NCBI GenBank assembly: GCA_002327445.1
Contig: DCWA01000006.1
Location: 29,662-93,661, forward strand
Origin: Desulfobacteraceae bacterium UBA2174
GTDB lineage: Bacteria; Desulfobacterota; Desulfobacteria; Desulfobacterales; UBA2174
Length of the DNA stretch: 64,000 nt
Direction: 5' to 3'
The translations under genes were made by a program, and so were the position numbers. Under the pieces are notes generated by a model. It did not search any database and was not told the origin of the DNA. It saw only the letters and a list, made by a program, of their open reading frames with translations. How positions within the stretch are numbered: the stretch's first letter is position 1; every line of letters begins with the position of its first letter. Below are positions 19,162 through 30,486 of this stretch, one piece after another.

Positions 19162-19536
19162 TCACTTGCCGGCGCTTTTCTTGCGCAGTTTGGTCACCGG
19201 CTTGGGAGCGGCGGGTTTGACGGCCAGACCGGACTTGCTCCTCTCAACCTCGAAGGTTTGCCCCTCTTTCAATCCGTAATGATCCACCAGATTTTTGGGG
19301 ATGATGAGACTGCCGCGCTTGTTGACGATGATGGTGGTCTTGGGGGTTTTGGGGCCGCTGGGACGGCCACTCTTGATCTCCGGCACGCGCCCCGCACTCA
19401 TCAACGCATTGGTATATGCGACCTTGAGCTGGGTGGAGGTCTTGAAACCGAAATGATCCATGATTTCCTTTTGCGGAACTTCATCCAGAACCATTTTCAA
19501 CAGCGCTTCCTCATCGAACTTTTTTTTCGGCGGCAT
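19162..19536 (-). CDS. Small basic protein with C-terminal AbrB/MazE/SpoVT-like DNA-binding domain
   Basis: AAGGAG RBS; VNKRGSLIIPKNLVDHYGLKEGQTFEV resembles the swapped-hairpin motif. Confidence 0.75.
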   Translation of the reverse strand: MPPKKKFDEEALLKMVLDEVPQKEIMDHFGFKTSTQLKVAYTNALMSAGRVPEIKSGRPSGPKTPKTTIIVNKRGSLIIPKNLVDHYGLKEGQTFEVERSKSGLAVKPAAPKPVTKLRKKSAGK

Positions 19537-19879
19537 ATTCGTAATCTCCTTTCGAGGATGATGATGGATAGACACCAGAGCGATAACATAAAATTTTGTC
19601 TGTGGCCAGGCTTTATTCGATTTTATTCGTTTTTCGATCTTCTTTCCCTAACGTGAATCGAGCCATTCAAAAAAACAGGCCAAACGTACGATACGAAGTT
19701 CGGAGTGAACCAATCAGGATGCGCCCGCAATATCCATTTCCGCCGGCCGCAAAGGCTCAAGGGATGCATGGAGAGGGGATAGAGGCAATTCCTGGTGTGG
19801 TAAAAATAAAAATTTGCTGTTATGCTGGCGGCGCCTGGATGATGAGAAGGGGGTTCACAAGGCGCCGGTCGGCGGGGAG

Positions 19880-21502
19880 ATGAAGATGCGAATTTTGATG
19901 TGGTGGATGGCGGGGATGTGGGCCCTGACGGGATCGGCAACCGCCGCGGTGGTGCCGTCGAAAATTCGTGAAGTGACGGTTTTTACCGATCATGCGCGGG
20001 TCGTGCGAACCGCTGAAATCGAACTCGACACCGGAATGAACCGCATTCAATTGGAGGTGACCGCGTTTCAAGTGGATCCGGATACGGTCACCGCACGGGT
20101 TTTCGGGGCGGGCGAACTTTACGGGGTCCAGTATCGACAGGTGCCAGTGGAAACGGCGCCGACCGAGAAAATCAGGATCCTCGAAGAGCGGCTGCGGGAA
20201 ATGCAGCGCCAGTTGCGGGGATTGACGGACCGTCGGGCCGCGGTGGACAAGCAGAAAACCTTCCTGGACAGTTTCATCGATTTCGCCGAAGTCCAGGTGC
20301 CACGGGAGATGCAGACCCGTTTGCCCGATGTGGCGGCGCTGGAGTCCACGCTCTCCTTTCTCGATCGCGGCTACTCCCAGGCCGATGAGCGGCTTCAGGC
20401 CCTGGACGCGGATATCGAAGCCCTGAAACGGGAAATCGAGCGGCTGGAGCGGGAACTGGCCGCCCTCCAGGGACGCGGCGCTCCCAGTCTCAAAGTCCTG
20501 GAAATCCTTTTCGATTCCCATCGTCGCCAGAAAGTTCGCGTCGAAGCGGCCTATCAGGTGGCCGGAGCCCGATGGCAGCCATTGTACAGAGCGGCGGTCC
20601 CCGAAAGCGCCGCCACGGTGGCCTTGACCCTGATGGCCGATATCCATCAGAAAAGCGACGAGGATTGGGAAAATGTCTCCCTGACGGTGTCCAATGCCCC
20701 GCCGGCGACCGGAGGGCGGCTTCCCGATCTCGATCCCTGGATCGTGGATGTGCCCCGTCCGCCGGAGCCCTTGGCCGGGCGGCCCCTGGCCGTCGCCAAG
20801 CAAACCGATGCGCAGATGGCCGCGGTGCCGACGGAAGCCGCCGCGCCAATGGCCGGGGCCGAGGCCCATCGGTCGCTGCTGGCGGTGCATTACACGCTGG
20901 CGCAGGCGGTGACGGTGCCGTCGCGGGACCAGGAGACCCTGGTGCCGGTGTTCACCCGGTCGCTCGCGGGGGATTTTCGCCATTTGACGGTGCCCAAACG
21001 GGACCCGCGGGCCCACTTCATCTGCCGCACCCGGGCGGACACCGAGTTGCTGCCCGGGCCGCTGCACGTGTATTTCGACGGTCGATTCCTCGGCAAGCAC
21101 CGGATCGAGCCGATGCGCGCCGGCAGAGTCTTTGACCTCAACCTCGGGGTGAACCGGGGAGTGTTGGTCCGACGCGAAAAAATCGTCGACCGGATCCGGG
21201 AAACATTTTTCGGCCGCATCGAGCGCGATATGGTGGTGCGTGAGATCGCGTACCGGATGGTGCTGGAAAACACCACCGACCGCCCGGTGGTGGTGGATGT
21301 GCTCGATCATGTGCCCGTCTCCCGGACGGACCGGATCCGGATCGAGGACGTGAAATACGCGCCGGAACCGACGGTTCGCGACGATCAGGGACGGGAGGGT
21401 GTCCTGCGCTGGGAGCGCTCCCTTGTCCCCGGCGGAAAAGACCAGATCGAGGTCCGGTTCACCGTGGCGCACACCAAGGATGTCAATTTGCCCGATTTTT
21501 GA
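19880..21502 (+). CDS. DUF4139/DUF4140 (MuiA family) exported protein
   Basis: Signal peptide; IREVTVFTDHARVVR, coiled coil, YQVAGARWQPLY, QKSDEDWENVSLTVS. Confidence 0.85.
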   Translation: MKMRILMWWMAGMWALTGSATAAVVPSKIREVTVFTDHARVVRTAEIELDTGMNRIQLEVTAFQVDPDTVTARVFGAGELYGVQYRQVPVETAPTEKIRILEERLREMQRQLRGLTDRRAAVDKQKTFLDSFIDFAEVQVPREMQTRLPDVAALESTLSFLDRGYSQADERLQALDADIEALKREIERLERELAALQGRGAPSLKVLEILFDSHRRQKVRVEAAYQVAGARWQPLYRAAVPESAATVALTLMADIHQKSDEDWENVSLTVSNAPPATGGRLPDLDPWIVDVPRPPEPLAGRPLAVAKQTDAQMAAVPTEAAAPMAGAEAHRSLLAVHYTLAQAVTVPSRDQETLVPVFTRSLAGDFRHLTVPKRDPRAHFICRTRADTELLPGPLHVYFDGRFLGKHRIEPMRAGRVFDLNLGVNRGVLVRREKIVDRIRETFFGRIERDMVVREIAYRMVLENTTDRPVVVDVLDHVPVSRTDRIRIEDVKYAPEPTVRDDQGREGVLRWERSLVPGGKDQIEVRFTVAHTKDVNLPDF

Positions 21503-21530
21503 AGAAACAGGAGGCTTTACAGGAGGCGTT

Positions 21531-24284
<2,754 letters not shown>

Positions 24285-24354
24285 CGCCGCTGTCGTCGGG
24301 CCGGGCGCCGAGCCGGGGGGTGGCTTGAATCGGGAGGATTCCCAAGAGTGCGAT

Positions 24355-24497
24355 AAAATTCAAATTCTGAATTCGAAGCACGAAATTCGAGACAAATTCA
24401 AATTTTCAAAATTCGAATGTTCAAAATCACAGCAGGATTGCCCTGGTTTTAGATTATGATCATTCGAAGTTGACGACTTGCTTCGGATTTCGTGCTT
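24355..24497. repeat. AT-rich inverted-repeat element with degenerate ~7-bp units
   Basis: AAGCACGAAATTCGA (24376-90) pairs with TCGGATTTCGTGCTT (24483-97); inner TTCGAATG/CATTCGAA. Confidence 0.7.
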
Positions 24498-24510
24498 TTT
24501 TATTGGCTTT

Positions 24511-25039
24511 TCAGGCGTTTCCGACGCGATCGGCGATCTTGGCCACATAGGCATCGATATCGCACTTGCGGCGCAACCCGGAAGCCGTCATGGTCCGCAC
24601 TTTGCCGAAAATCGGCCGCTCGGGCCAAGGGCGGTCGTGGAGGCCGAAGATCCAGCCCACACCGGCGTAGCTGTTGGGCTCGCGGCCGTCGAGAAAATAC
24701 CGGTTGTTGAGCCGGATCAACGTCTCGTAGGCTTCCTCGGGATCCGTTGACCAGGCAAGCACCTGCTTGCCCCAGTACATGCGCATGTGGTTGTGCATGA
24801 AACCGGTGGTCCGCATCTCGGCCATGGCGGCGTTCCAGTAGGGATCGCGGGTTGGCTTCAGGATAGCGATCGGTAAGCCCGAAGCAAACTTCCAGCGGCA
24901 AGCCGAGCCGGTTGGCTTCGCCGATGGCGTGTGCCAAGGCCGGGTTGTCCTCGGCGCGCTGGGCCTGTTGCATCCAGTACAGGACGCAGGCGCCGCTGCG
25001 GTGGGTGCGCTCGTTGAGGAAGCCGACAGACGCTTCCAT
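24511..25039 (-). pseudogene. phr: Class II CPD photolyase, internally deleted and frameshifted
   Basis: N-terminal VLYWMQQAQRAEDNPAL..YPEAN joins, in another frame near 24848, to C-terminal DPYWNAA..GFMHNHMRMYWGK..LDGREPNSY..HDRPWPERPIFGKVRTM. Confidence 0.88.
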
Positions 25040-25040
25040 C

Positions 25041-25436
25041 TCAGATTGCCGGGGAAAGGCCCAGGACCCGGGCGATGCGCGACTTGAGATCGGCGAAGGT
25101 GTAGGGCTTCTGAATGTAGCCCACGCAGCCCTGGTTAAGCAGATCGCGCACTTCGCTGTCCACCCCGTGGCCGGTGGCCAGCAGGATCTTGAGCTCCGGC
25201 GCGACGGTTCGCAGCCGGCGAAAGGTCTCGGCGCCGCTGAGGCCCGGCATGATGAGATCCAAAAGCACCAGGCGAACGTGCTGCTTTTCGGCGGCGAGGA
25301 CTTCCTCGGCCCGCTCACCACTTTCGGCCAAAAGGACGTTGTAGCCGAGCATGGTGAGCAATTCCTCGCCGATTTCCCGGATGAACGCTTCGTCATCCAC
25401 CAGAAGGATCGTCTGCATCTCGGCGGTTTCGGTCAT
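25041..25436 (-). CDS. Single-domain response regulator
   Basis: TILLVDDE, LLDLIMPG, ATG, IQKPY; GGAG RBS. Confidence 0.88.
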   Translation of the reverse strand: MTETAEMQTILLVDDEAFIREIGEELLTMLGYNVLLAESGERAEEVLAAEKQHVRLVLLDLIMPGLSGAETFRRLRTVAPELKILLATGHGVDSEVRDLLNQGCVGYIQKPYTFADLKSRIARVLGLSPAI

Positions 25437-25643
25437 TGGGAGGTCTCCGTGAACATCGTGGGCCAGAGGTGGGCGAAGGGGCGCGCGCGGCCGGTCAGGA
25501 TCCGCCACCCACGGCATGTCGCACATGCCGCAACAGGGCTTGCGCCGCATCCGTCGACCTTGTACCATAACACCCCTCGAAAGGACAGAGACAATTGAGA
25601 CAATGCCGGCGCCCCGCCCGGGGAGCGGCATTCATGGGAGCCG

Positions 25644-26570
25644 ATGATGGGAAATCAACTCCGCACGACATTTCTTTTGGCTGCCTTGACGGTCCTGGTG
25701 GTGCTCATCGGCCAGTGGGTCGGCGGTCGTCAAGGGATGGCGCTGGCCCTGGTGCTGGCCGCCGTCATGAACTTCGGCAGCTACTGGTTCTCGGACAAGA
25801 TCGTGCTGGCGATGTACCGGGCCCGTCCGGTCACCGCCGGCCAGGCTCCGGAGCTATACGCCTTGACCGAACAGTTGGTGCGGCGTGCCGGGCTGCCCAT
25901 GCCGCGGATCTACCTGATCCCGCAGCCGGCGCCCAACGCCTTTGCCACCGGGCGCAATCCGGAGCATGCCGTCGTCGCGGTCACCGAGGGATTGGTTCGG
26001 CTGATGGATCGCGAAGAGATCGCCGGTGTGATTGCGCATGAATTGGGCCATGTGAAAAACCGCGATATTCTGATCGGCTCCATCGCCGCTACCATGGCCG
26101 GTGCCGCCATGATGCTGGCCGACATGGCGCGTTGGGCCGCCATTTTCGGCGGCGGACGGCGCGACGGCGAAAACGGGGGCGGTGGGGGGACCCTTGGGCT
26201 CATCGCCATGTCCATTGTGGCGCCCTTGGCCGCCATGCTGATCCAGATGGCCATTTCCCGGTCGCGCGAATACCTGGCCGACCGCACCGGTGCCCGGATC
26301 GCCGGCGGGGGCGAAGGACTGGCCCGGGCGCTGGAAAAGCTCGGCGCCTACGCGAGCGGGACCCGTCCGATGGAGGCGTCACCCGCCACCGCCCACATGT
26401 TCACGGTCAATCCCCTATCCGGTGGCGGTTTGATGCGCCTGTTCTCCACCCATCCTCCCCTGGCCGATCGCATTGCCCGCCTCCGGGGACGCGGGGGATC
26501 CGGCATGCCGCCGCCTGCCGAACGGGAAGGGGCCGCGGGGAGAGATTTCTGGGACCGGCTTTCGGGTTGA
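25644..26570 (+). CDS. htpX: Zinc metalloprotease HtpX
   Basis: [37 protein letters not shown]. Confidence 0.95.
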   Translation: MMGNQLRTTFLLAALTVLVVLIGQWVGGRQGMALALVLAAVMNFGSYWFSDKIVLAMYRARPVTAGQAPELYALTEQLVRRAGLPMPRIYLIPQPAPNAFATGRNPEHAVVAVTEGLVRLMDREEIAGVIAHELGHVKNRDILIGSIAATMAGAAMMLADMARWAAIFGGGRRDGENGGGGGTLGLIAMSIVAPLAAMLIQMAISRSREYLADRTGARIAGGGEGLARALEKLGAYASGTRPMEASPATAHMFTVNPLSGGGLMRLFSTHPPLADRIARLRGRGGSGMPPPAEREGAAGRDFWDRLSG

Positions 26571-26672
26571 TCGGAACGGGTGCCTCGGACTGATCCGACG
26601 GATCCGACCCATCGGTCCGAGGCACCATTTTTTTACCACTGTGCCATTTTTCAAACTCAAGGAACCAAGCCG

Positions 26673-27317
26673 ATGGGAATCCAGGAACGGAAGGAAAGAG
26701 AGCGCGAGCGGCGGCGCCAGGACATCATGGTCGCCGCGCGGAGGGTCTTCAGCGCTCGGGGCTATGAAAATGCGACCATGGAGGACATCGCCCGGGAGGT
26801 GGAGCTGAGCCCCGGCACCTTGTATCTCTACTTCAAGAACAAGGACGATCTTTACGCGTCCCTCAACGTCCGGGTGTTGCAATTCATGAACGTCAAGCTC
26901 GACCATGCCCTTTCCGACAGCCGGCTGGACTTCGACGCCAAGCTCGACCGGATCTTGGAGGCGATGCTGGAGGTGTACGCCTACGATCCGCTGATTCTCA
27001 ACAATGTTTTTCACTTGCAGTCCAGCGAGACCCTGAAGAGCGTATCCGGGGAACTGCTCGAGGAAATCAATGCCTTGAGCCGTCGCGCCCTCAGGACCCT
27101 GACCAAGATGTTCGCCGAGGAGATCGAAAAGGGCGCCATCGTGGCGCACAATCCCACCGCCTTGGCCGACATGCTCTGGGGGCTGTTTTCCGGCACGGTT
27201 CTCTGGGAGGAGACCAAGCGGATGATCAACGCGGAGCGCTATCAGCTCGAAGAGAACATCCGCATCGGGTTCGATCTGCTGCGGCGCGGTCTGCGGGTGA
27301 ACCGAGATTTCGATTGA
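26673..27317 (+). CDS. TetR/AcrR family regulator
   Basis: MGIQERKERE, TMEDIAREVELSPGTLYLYFKNKDDL. Confidence 0.92.
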   Translation: MGIQERKERERERRRQDIMVAARRVFSARGYENATMEDIAREVELSPGTLYLYFKNKDDLYASLNVRVLQFMNVKLDHALSDSRLDFDAKLDRILEAMLEVYAYDPLILNNVFHLQSSETLKSVSGELLEEINALSRRALRTLTKMFAEEIEKGAIVAHNPTALADMLWGLFSGTVLWEETKRMINAERYQLEENIRIGFDLLRRGLRVNRDFD

Positions 27318-27343
27318 CAGGCGGCCGGGCCGCCTCCTAAGCT
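27314..27343 (+). promoter_or_regulatory. Putative sigma70 promoter of dodecin gene
   Basis: TTGACA-18 nt-TAAGCT. Confidence 0.45.
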
Positions 27344-27383
27344 GAAACCAACTTTGTCAACCCCAGCGAGAGGAGGTCCGGAG

Positions 27384-27596
27384 ATGAGCAGCAGCGTCTA
27401 CAAGATCATCGAACTGGTGGGCACGAGTGACAAGACCTGGGAAGAGGCGGCCGCCGCGGCGGTGGCCAAGGCCGGCAAGAGCCTGCGCGACCTGCGGGTG
27501 GCCGAGGTGACCAAGCTCGACATGGTCATCGAAAACGGCCAGGTGGTCCGCTATCGGGCCCGGGTGGCGCTTTCCTTCAAGTACGAGGACAGTTGA
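27384..27596 (+). CDS. Dodecin family flavin-binding protein
   Basis: SVYKIIELVGTS..WEEAA..A.KSLRDLR..YR.RV.LSFK; AGGAGG RBS. Confidence 0.9.
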   Translation: MSSSVYKIIELVGTSDKTWEEAAAAAVAKAGKSLRDLRVAEVTKLDMVIENGQVVRYRARVALSFKYEDS

Positions 27597-27660
27597 TCCG
27601 AGGGCCGGGGCCGCCCTCCCGCGCCGGCCCCGGGCGCCGTTTGACCGGCTTCCTTTCGAG

Positions 27661-27705
27661 AAAGAGAAAAAAAGGGGGGATGCAGTCGATGCTGCATCCC
27701 CCCTT
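27661..27705 (-). terminator. Intrinsic terminator after tRNA-Val
   Basis: AAGGGGGGATGCAG / CTGCATCCCCCCTT stem followed by a T-run on the minus strand. Confidence 0.85.
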
Positions 27706-27713
27706 GGCGTTGC

Positions 27714-27788
27714 TGGTGGGCGGTACAGGATTTGAACCTGTGACTTCCACCGTGTGAAGGTGGCACTCTCCCACTGAGTTAACCGCCC
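27714..27788 (-). tRNA. tRNA-Val(CAC)
   Basis: GGGCGGT/ACCGCCC acceptor stem, anticodon arm CCACC-TTCACAC-GGTGG, GGTTCAAATCC T-loop, encoded CCA. Confidence 0.96.
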
Positions 27789-27796
27789 GGGAAAGC

Positions 27797-28075
27797 CTAT
27801 TTGCCGTCGACCTTGTCCTTGAGTTCCTTGCCGACCTTGAAGAAAGGCAGTTTCTTGGACGGAACGTTGATCTGGGCGCCCGTCTTGGGATTGCGGCCGG
27901 TGTAGGCCTTGTAGTGCTTGACGGAGAAGCTGCCGAAGCCGCGGATTTCGACCCGGTTGTTGGCCGCCATGGTTTCAGTGATGGTGCCGAACAACGTGTC
28001 GACCACGGTTTCGGCTTCCTTGCGGCTCAGGCCGGCCCGGTCTTTGAGGGCGTTGATCAAATCGGACTTGTTCAT
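27797..28075 (-). CDS. ihfB: Integration host factor beta subunit
   Basis: MNKSDLI, RVEIRGFGSFSV, GRNPKTG, PFFKVGKELK. Confidence 0.9.
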   Translation of the reverse strand: MNKSDLINALKDRAGLSRKEAETVVDTLFGTITETMAANNRVEIRGFGSFSVKHYKAYTGRNPKTGAQINVPSKKLPFFKVGKELKDKVDGK

Positions 28076-28159
28076 GCGGTTTCCCCCGGCGTTGTTCCCG
28101 TAAGTATCTCAATGTGCCGGTTTAATTTTGGCTCACTATGGGCGTTGCAGCCGGCAAAG

Positions 28160-28738
28160 TCAAGGGTTTTTTCCGTCCTGCGGCGCCTTTGGCGGCCTGT
28201 CGGTTCCCGGCGTCTCCGGCGCCAACTCCAGAATTTCCCTCAGGGTGGGCAAATCCTTCAGATCGCGCAGTTCGAAGGCCTCCAAAAACTGCCGGGTCGT
28301 CCCGTAGATCAGGGGACGGCCGGGGATTTCCTTGCGGCCCATCACCCGGATGAGCCGGCGTTCGAGGAGCAGGCGCAGGACCCCGCCGCAGTCCACCCCG
28401 CGCAGCGTTTCGATTTCGACCCGCATGATCGGCTGACGGTAGGCGACGATGGCCAGGGTCTCCAGGGCGGCGCGGCTCAAACGCTCGCTGCCGCCGCCTT
28501 TGAGGCGCCGGATCCAGGGATGGAAGCAGGGGCGGGTGCGCAACTGGTAGCCGCCGGCGACCTCCTGGAGATAAAAGCCGCCCCCGCGGGCTTCGTACTC
28601 GGCAGCCAAAGATTCCAAGGCTTCCCGAATGGCTGCCGGTTCCACTGCATCAAGCACGCCGCGCAGGGTTTCCAGGCGCAACGGCTCCTCGGCGGCGAAG
28701 AGAAGGCTTTCGATGAGGGCGGGCAGGTCCGGGGTCAT
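28160..28738 (-). CDS. scpB: SMC-Scp complex subunit ScpB
   Basis: IESLLFAAEEP, LSRAALETLAIVAYRQP, GRPLIYGTT..FL. Confidence 0.95.
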   Translation of the reverse strand: MTPDLPALIESLLFAAEEPLRLETLRGVLDAVEPAAIREALESLAAEYEARGGGFYLQEVAGGYQLRTRPCFHPWIRRLKGGGSERLSRAALETLAIVAYRQPIMRVEIETLRGVDCGGVLRLLLERRLIRVMGRKEIPGRPLIYGTTRQFLEAFELRDLKDLPTLREILELAPETPGTDRPPKAPQDGKNP

Positions 28739-29451
28739 CGGTAGAAAATCCGAATGATGCCGGTTTGGACCTGCTGGACGATCTCGATGAGTTCCAGGCG
28801 GGCCATTTCCAGGATGGCGAGAAAGGTGACGATCACGTCCGAACGGGCCACCTGACCGTCGAACAGCTCGTCGAAGGCCAGCGATGGATTCTGCTCGAGC
28901 CGGTCGACGAGTTGGGCGATGCGGTCCTTGATCGAGATGGCATCGGCGTTGAGATCCACCTGGTGGACGGGACCGATGCGGTCCAGGATTTTGCGGAAGG
29001 CGTCGATGAGTTCGAAGAGCCCGATGTGCACCACCGACGTCTCCGGCGCTTCGGTCCGGGGAAGTTCTTCCGGCTGGCGCAGGAAGGTGTGCTCACCGAG
29101 AAGGTTGCGCCGGGAGAGGGCCTCGGCCGCCTCCTTGAGGCGGAGATATTCGGTGAGCGGCCGGACGAGATCCAGGCGCGGATCCTCTTCCGGTTCTTCG
29201 TCATCGGAATGCACCGGCAGCAGCATTCGCGATTTGATTTGCGCCAGGGTGGCCGCCATGAGGATGAAGTCCCCGGCCAGGTCGATGTTCAGGGTCTGCA
29301 TCCATTCGAGGTACTGGAGATATTGCTCAGTGATCAGGGCGATGGGGATGTCATAGATGTCCACCTCGTTTTTGCGGATCAGGTGGATCAACAGGTCCAT
29401 CGGTCCTTCGAAGATGTGCTCCACCCGCACGGCATAGTCGGTGCTCTGCAT
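28735..29451 (-). CDS. scpA: Segregation/condensation protein A
   Basis: FEGPMDLLIHLI, IKSRMLLP, VTFLAILEM. Confidence 0.95.
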   Translation of the reverse strand: MQSTDYAVRVEHIFEGPMDLLIHLIRKNEVDIYDIPIALITEQYLQYLEWMQTLNIDLAGDFILMAATLAQIKSRMLLPVHSDDEEPEEDPRLDLVRPLTEYLRLKEAAEALSRRNLLGEHTFLRQPEELPRTEAPETSVVHIGLFELIDAFRKILDRIGPVHQVDLNADAISIKDRIAQLVDRLEQNPSLAFDELFDGQVARSDVIVTFLAILEMARLELIEIVQQVQTGIIRIFYR

Positions 29452-29472
29452 GGCGGATCGCTCCGGGGGCGC

Positions 29473-30486
29473 TCAATCCCCCACCGCACGGATGCCCACC
29501 GCCCGGCGCACCGCCTCGAGCATGGGGCGGCTGTGGGCGCGTGCCTTTTCCGCGCCCCGGGCCAGCAGCCGCTCCACATGCCCCGGGTCGGTCATCAGGG
29601 CCTCGTAGCGCCGCCGCGGTTCGGCCAAAAGGGCGTTGAGGTACTCGAAGAGCGTCTGCTTCATTTCGCCCCAGCCGATGCCGGAAGCGTAACACCGACG
29701 CAAATCGGCGGTTTCCGCGGGGGTGGCGAAAGCCTGGTAGATCTGAAACAGGGTGCAGGTTTCCGGGTCCTTGGGCGCCTCGGGGGGCAGGCTGTTGGTG
29801 GTGATTTTCATGATGAGCTGGCGCAGCTTTTTTTCCGGGGCGAAGAGGGGAATGGTGTTGTTGTAACTCTTGCTCATCTTGCGGCCGTCCAGCCCGGACA
29901 GGACGGCGGCCCGTTCGTTGATCTCGGCTTCGGGGAGCACGAAGAGCGGCCCGTAGAGGTGGTTGAATCGGGCCGCGATGTCCCGGGCCATCTCCAGATG
30001 CTGGATCTGATCCTTGCCCACCGGCACGCGATTGGCCCGGAACATCAGGATGTCGGCGGCCATGAGGATCGGGTAGCAGAACAGCCCCATGGTGATGCCC
30101 TTGTCCGGGTCCTTGCTGCCGCCGGCTTCGTTTTCCGCCACGGCGGCCTTGTAGGCGTGGGCCCGGTTCATCAGGCCCTTGGCGGTGACGCAGGAGAGGA
30201 TCCAGGTCAGTTCGAGGATTTCCGGAATGTCCGACTGGCGGTAAAAAATACTGCGCTCGGTGTCCAGCCCCAGCGCGATCCAGGTGGCGGCCACCTCCAG
30301 GCTCGAACGGTTGACGCGTTCGGGGTCCTGGCACTTGATGATCGAATGGTAGTCGGCCAGAAAATAGAAGGAAGCCACTTCCGGGTTGGCGCTGGCTGCA
30401 ATGGCCGGACGGATGGCACCGACGTAGTTTCCCAGGTGGGGGGTGCCGGTGGTGGTGATGCCGGTGAGAACGATCTGCTGGGTCAT
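29473..30486 (-). CDS. trpS: Tryptophan--tRNA ligase
   Basis: [33 protein letters not shown]. Confidence 0.96.
   Translation of the reverse strand: MTQQIVLTGITTTGTPHLGNYVGAIRPAIAASANPEVASFYFLADYHSIIKCQDPERVNRSSLEVAATWIALGLDTERSIFYRQSDIPEILELTWILSCVTAKGLMNRAHAYKAAVAENEAGGSKDPDKGITMGLFCYPILMAADILMFRANRVPVGKDQIQHLEMARDIAARFNHLYGPLFVLPEAEINERAAVLSGLDGRKMSKSYNNTIPLFAPEKKLRQLIMKITTNSLPPEAPKDPETCTLFQIYQAFATPAETADLRRCYASGIGWGEMKQTLFEYLNALLAEPRRRYEALMTDPGHVERLLARGAEKARAHSRPMLEAVRRAVGIRAVGD

Noticed and set aside
27714-27788. tRNA-Val as integration site of a genomic island
   Set aside because: No integrase and no duplicated tRNA 3' end noticed; the tRNA is followed directly by its terminator
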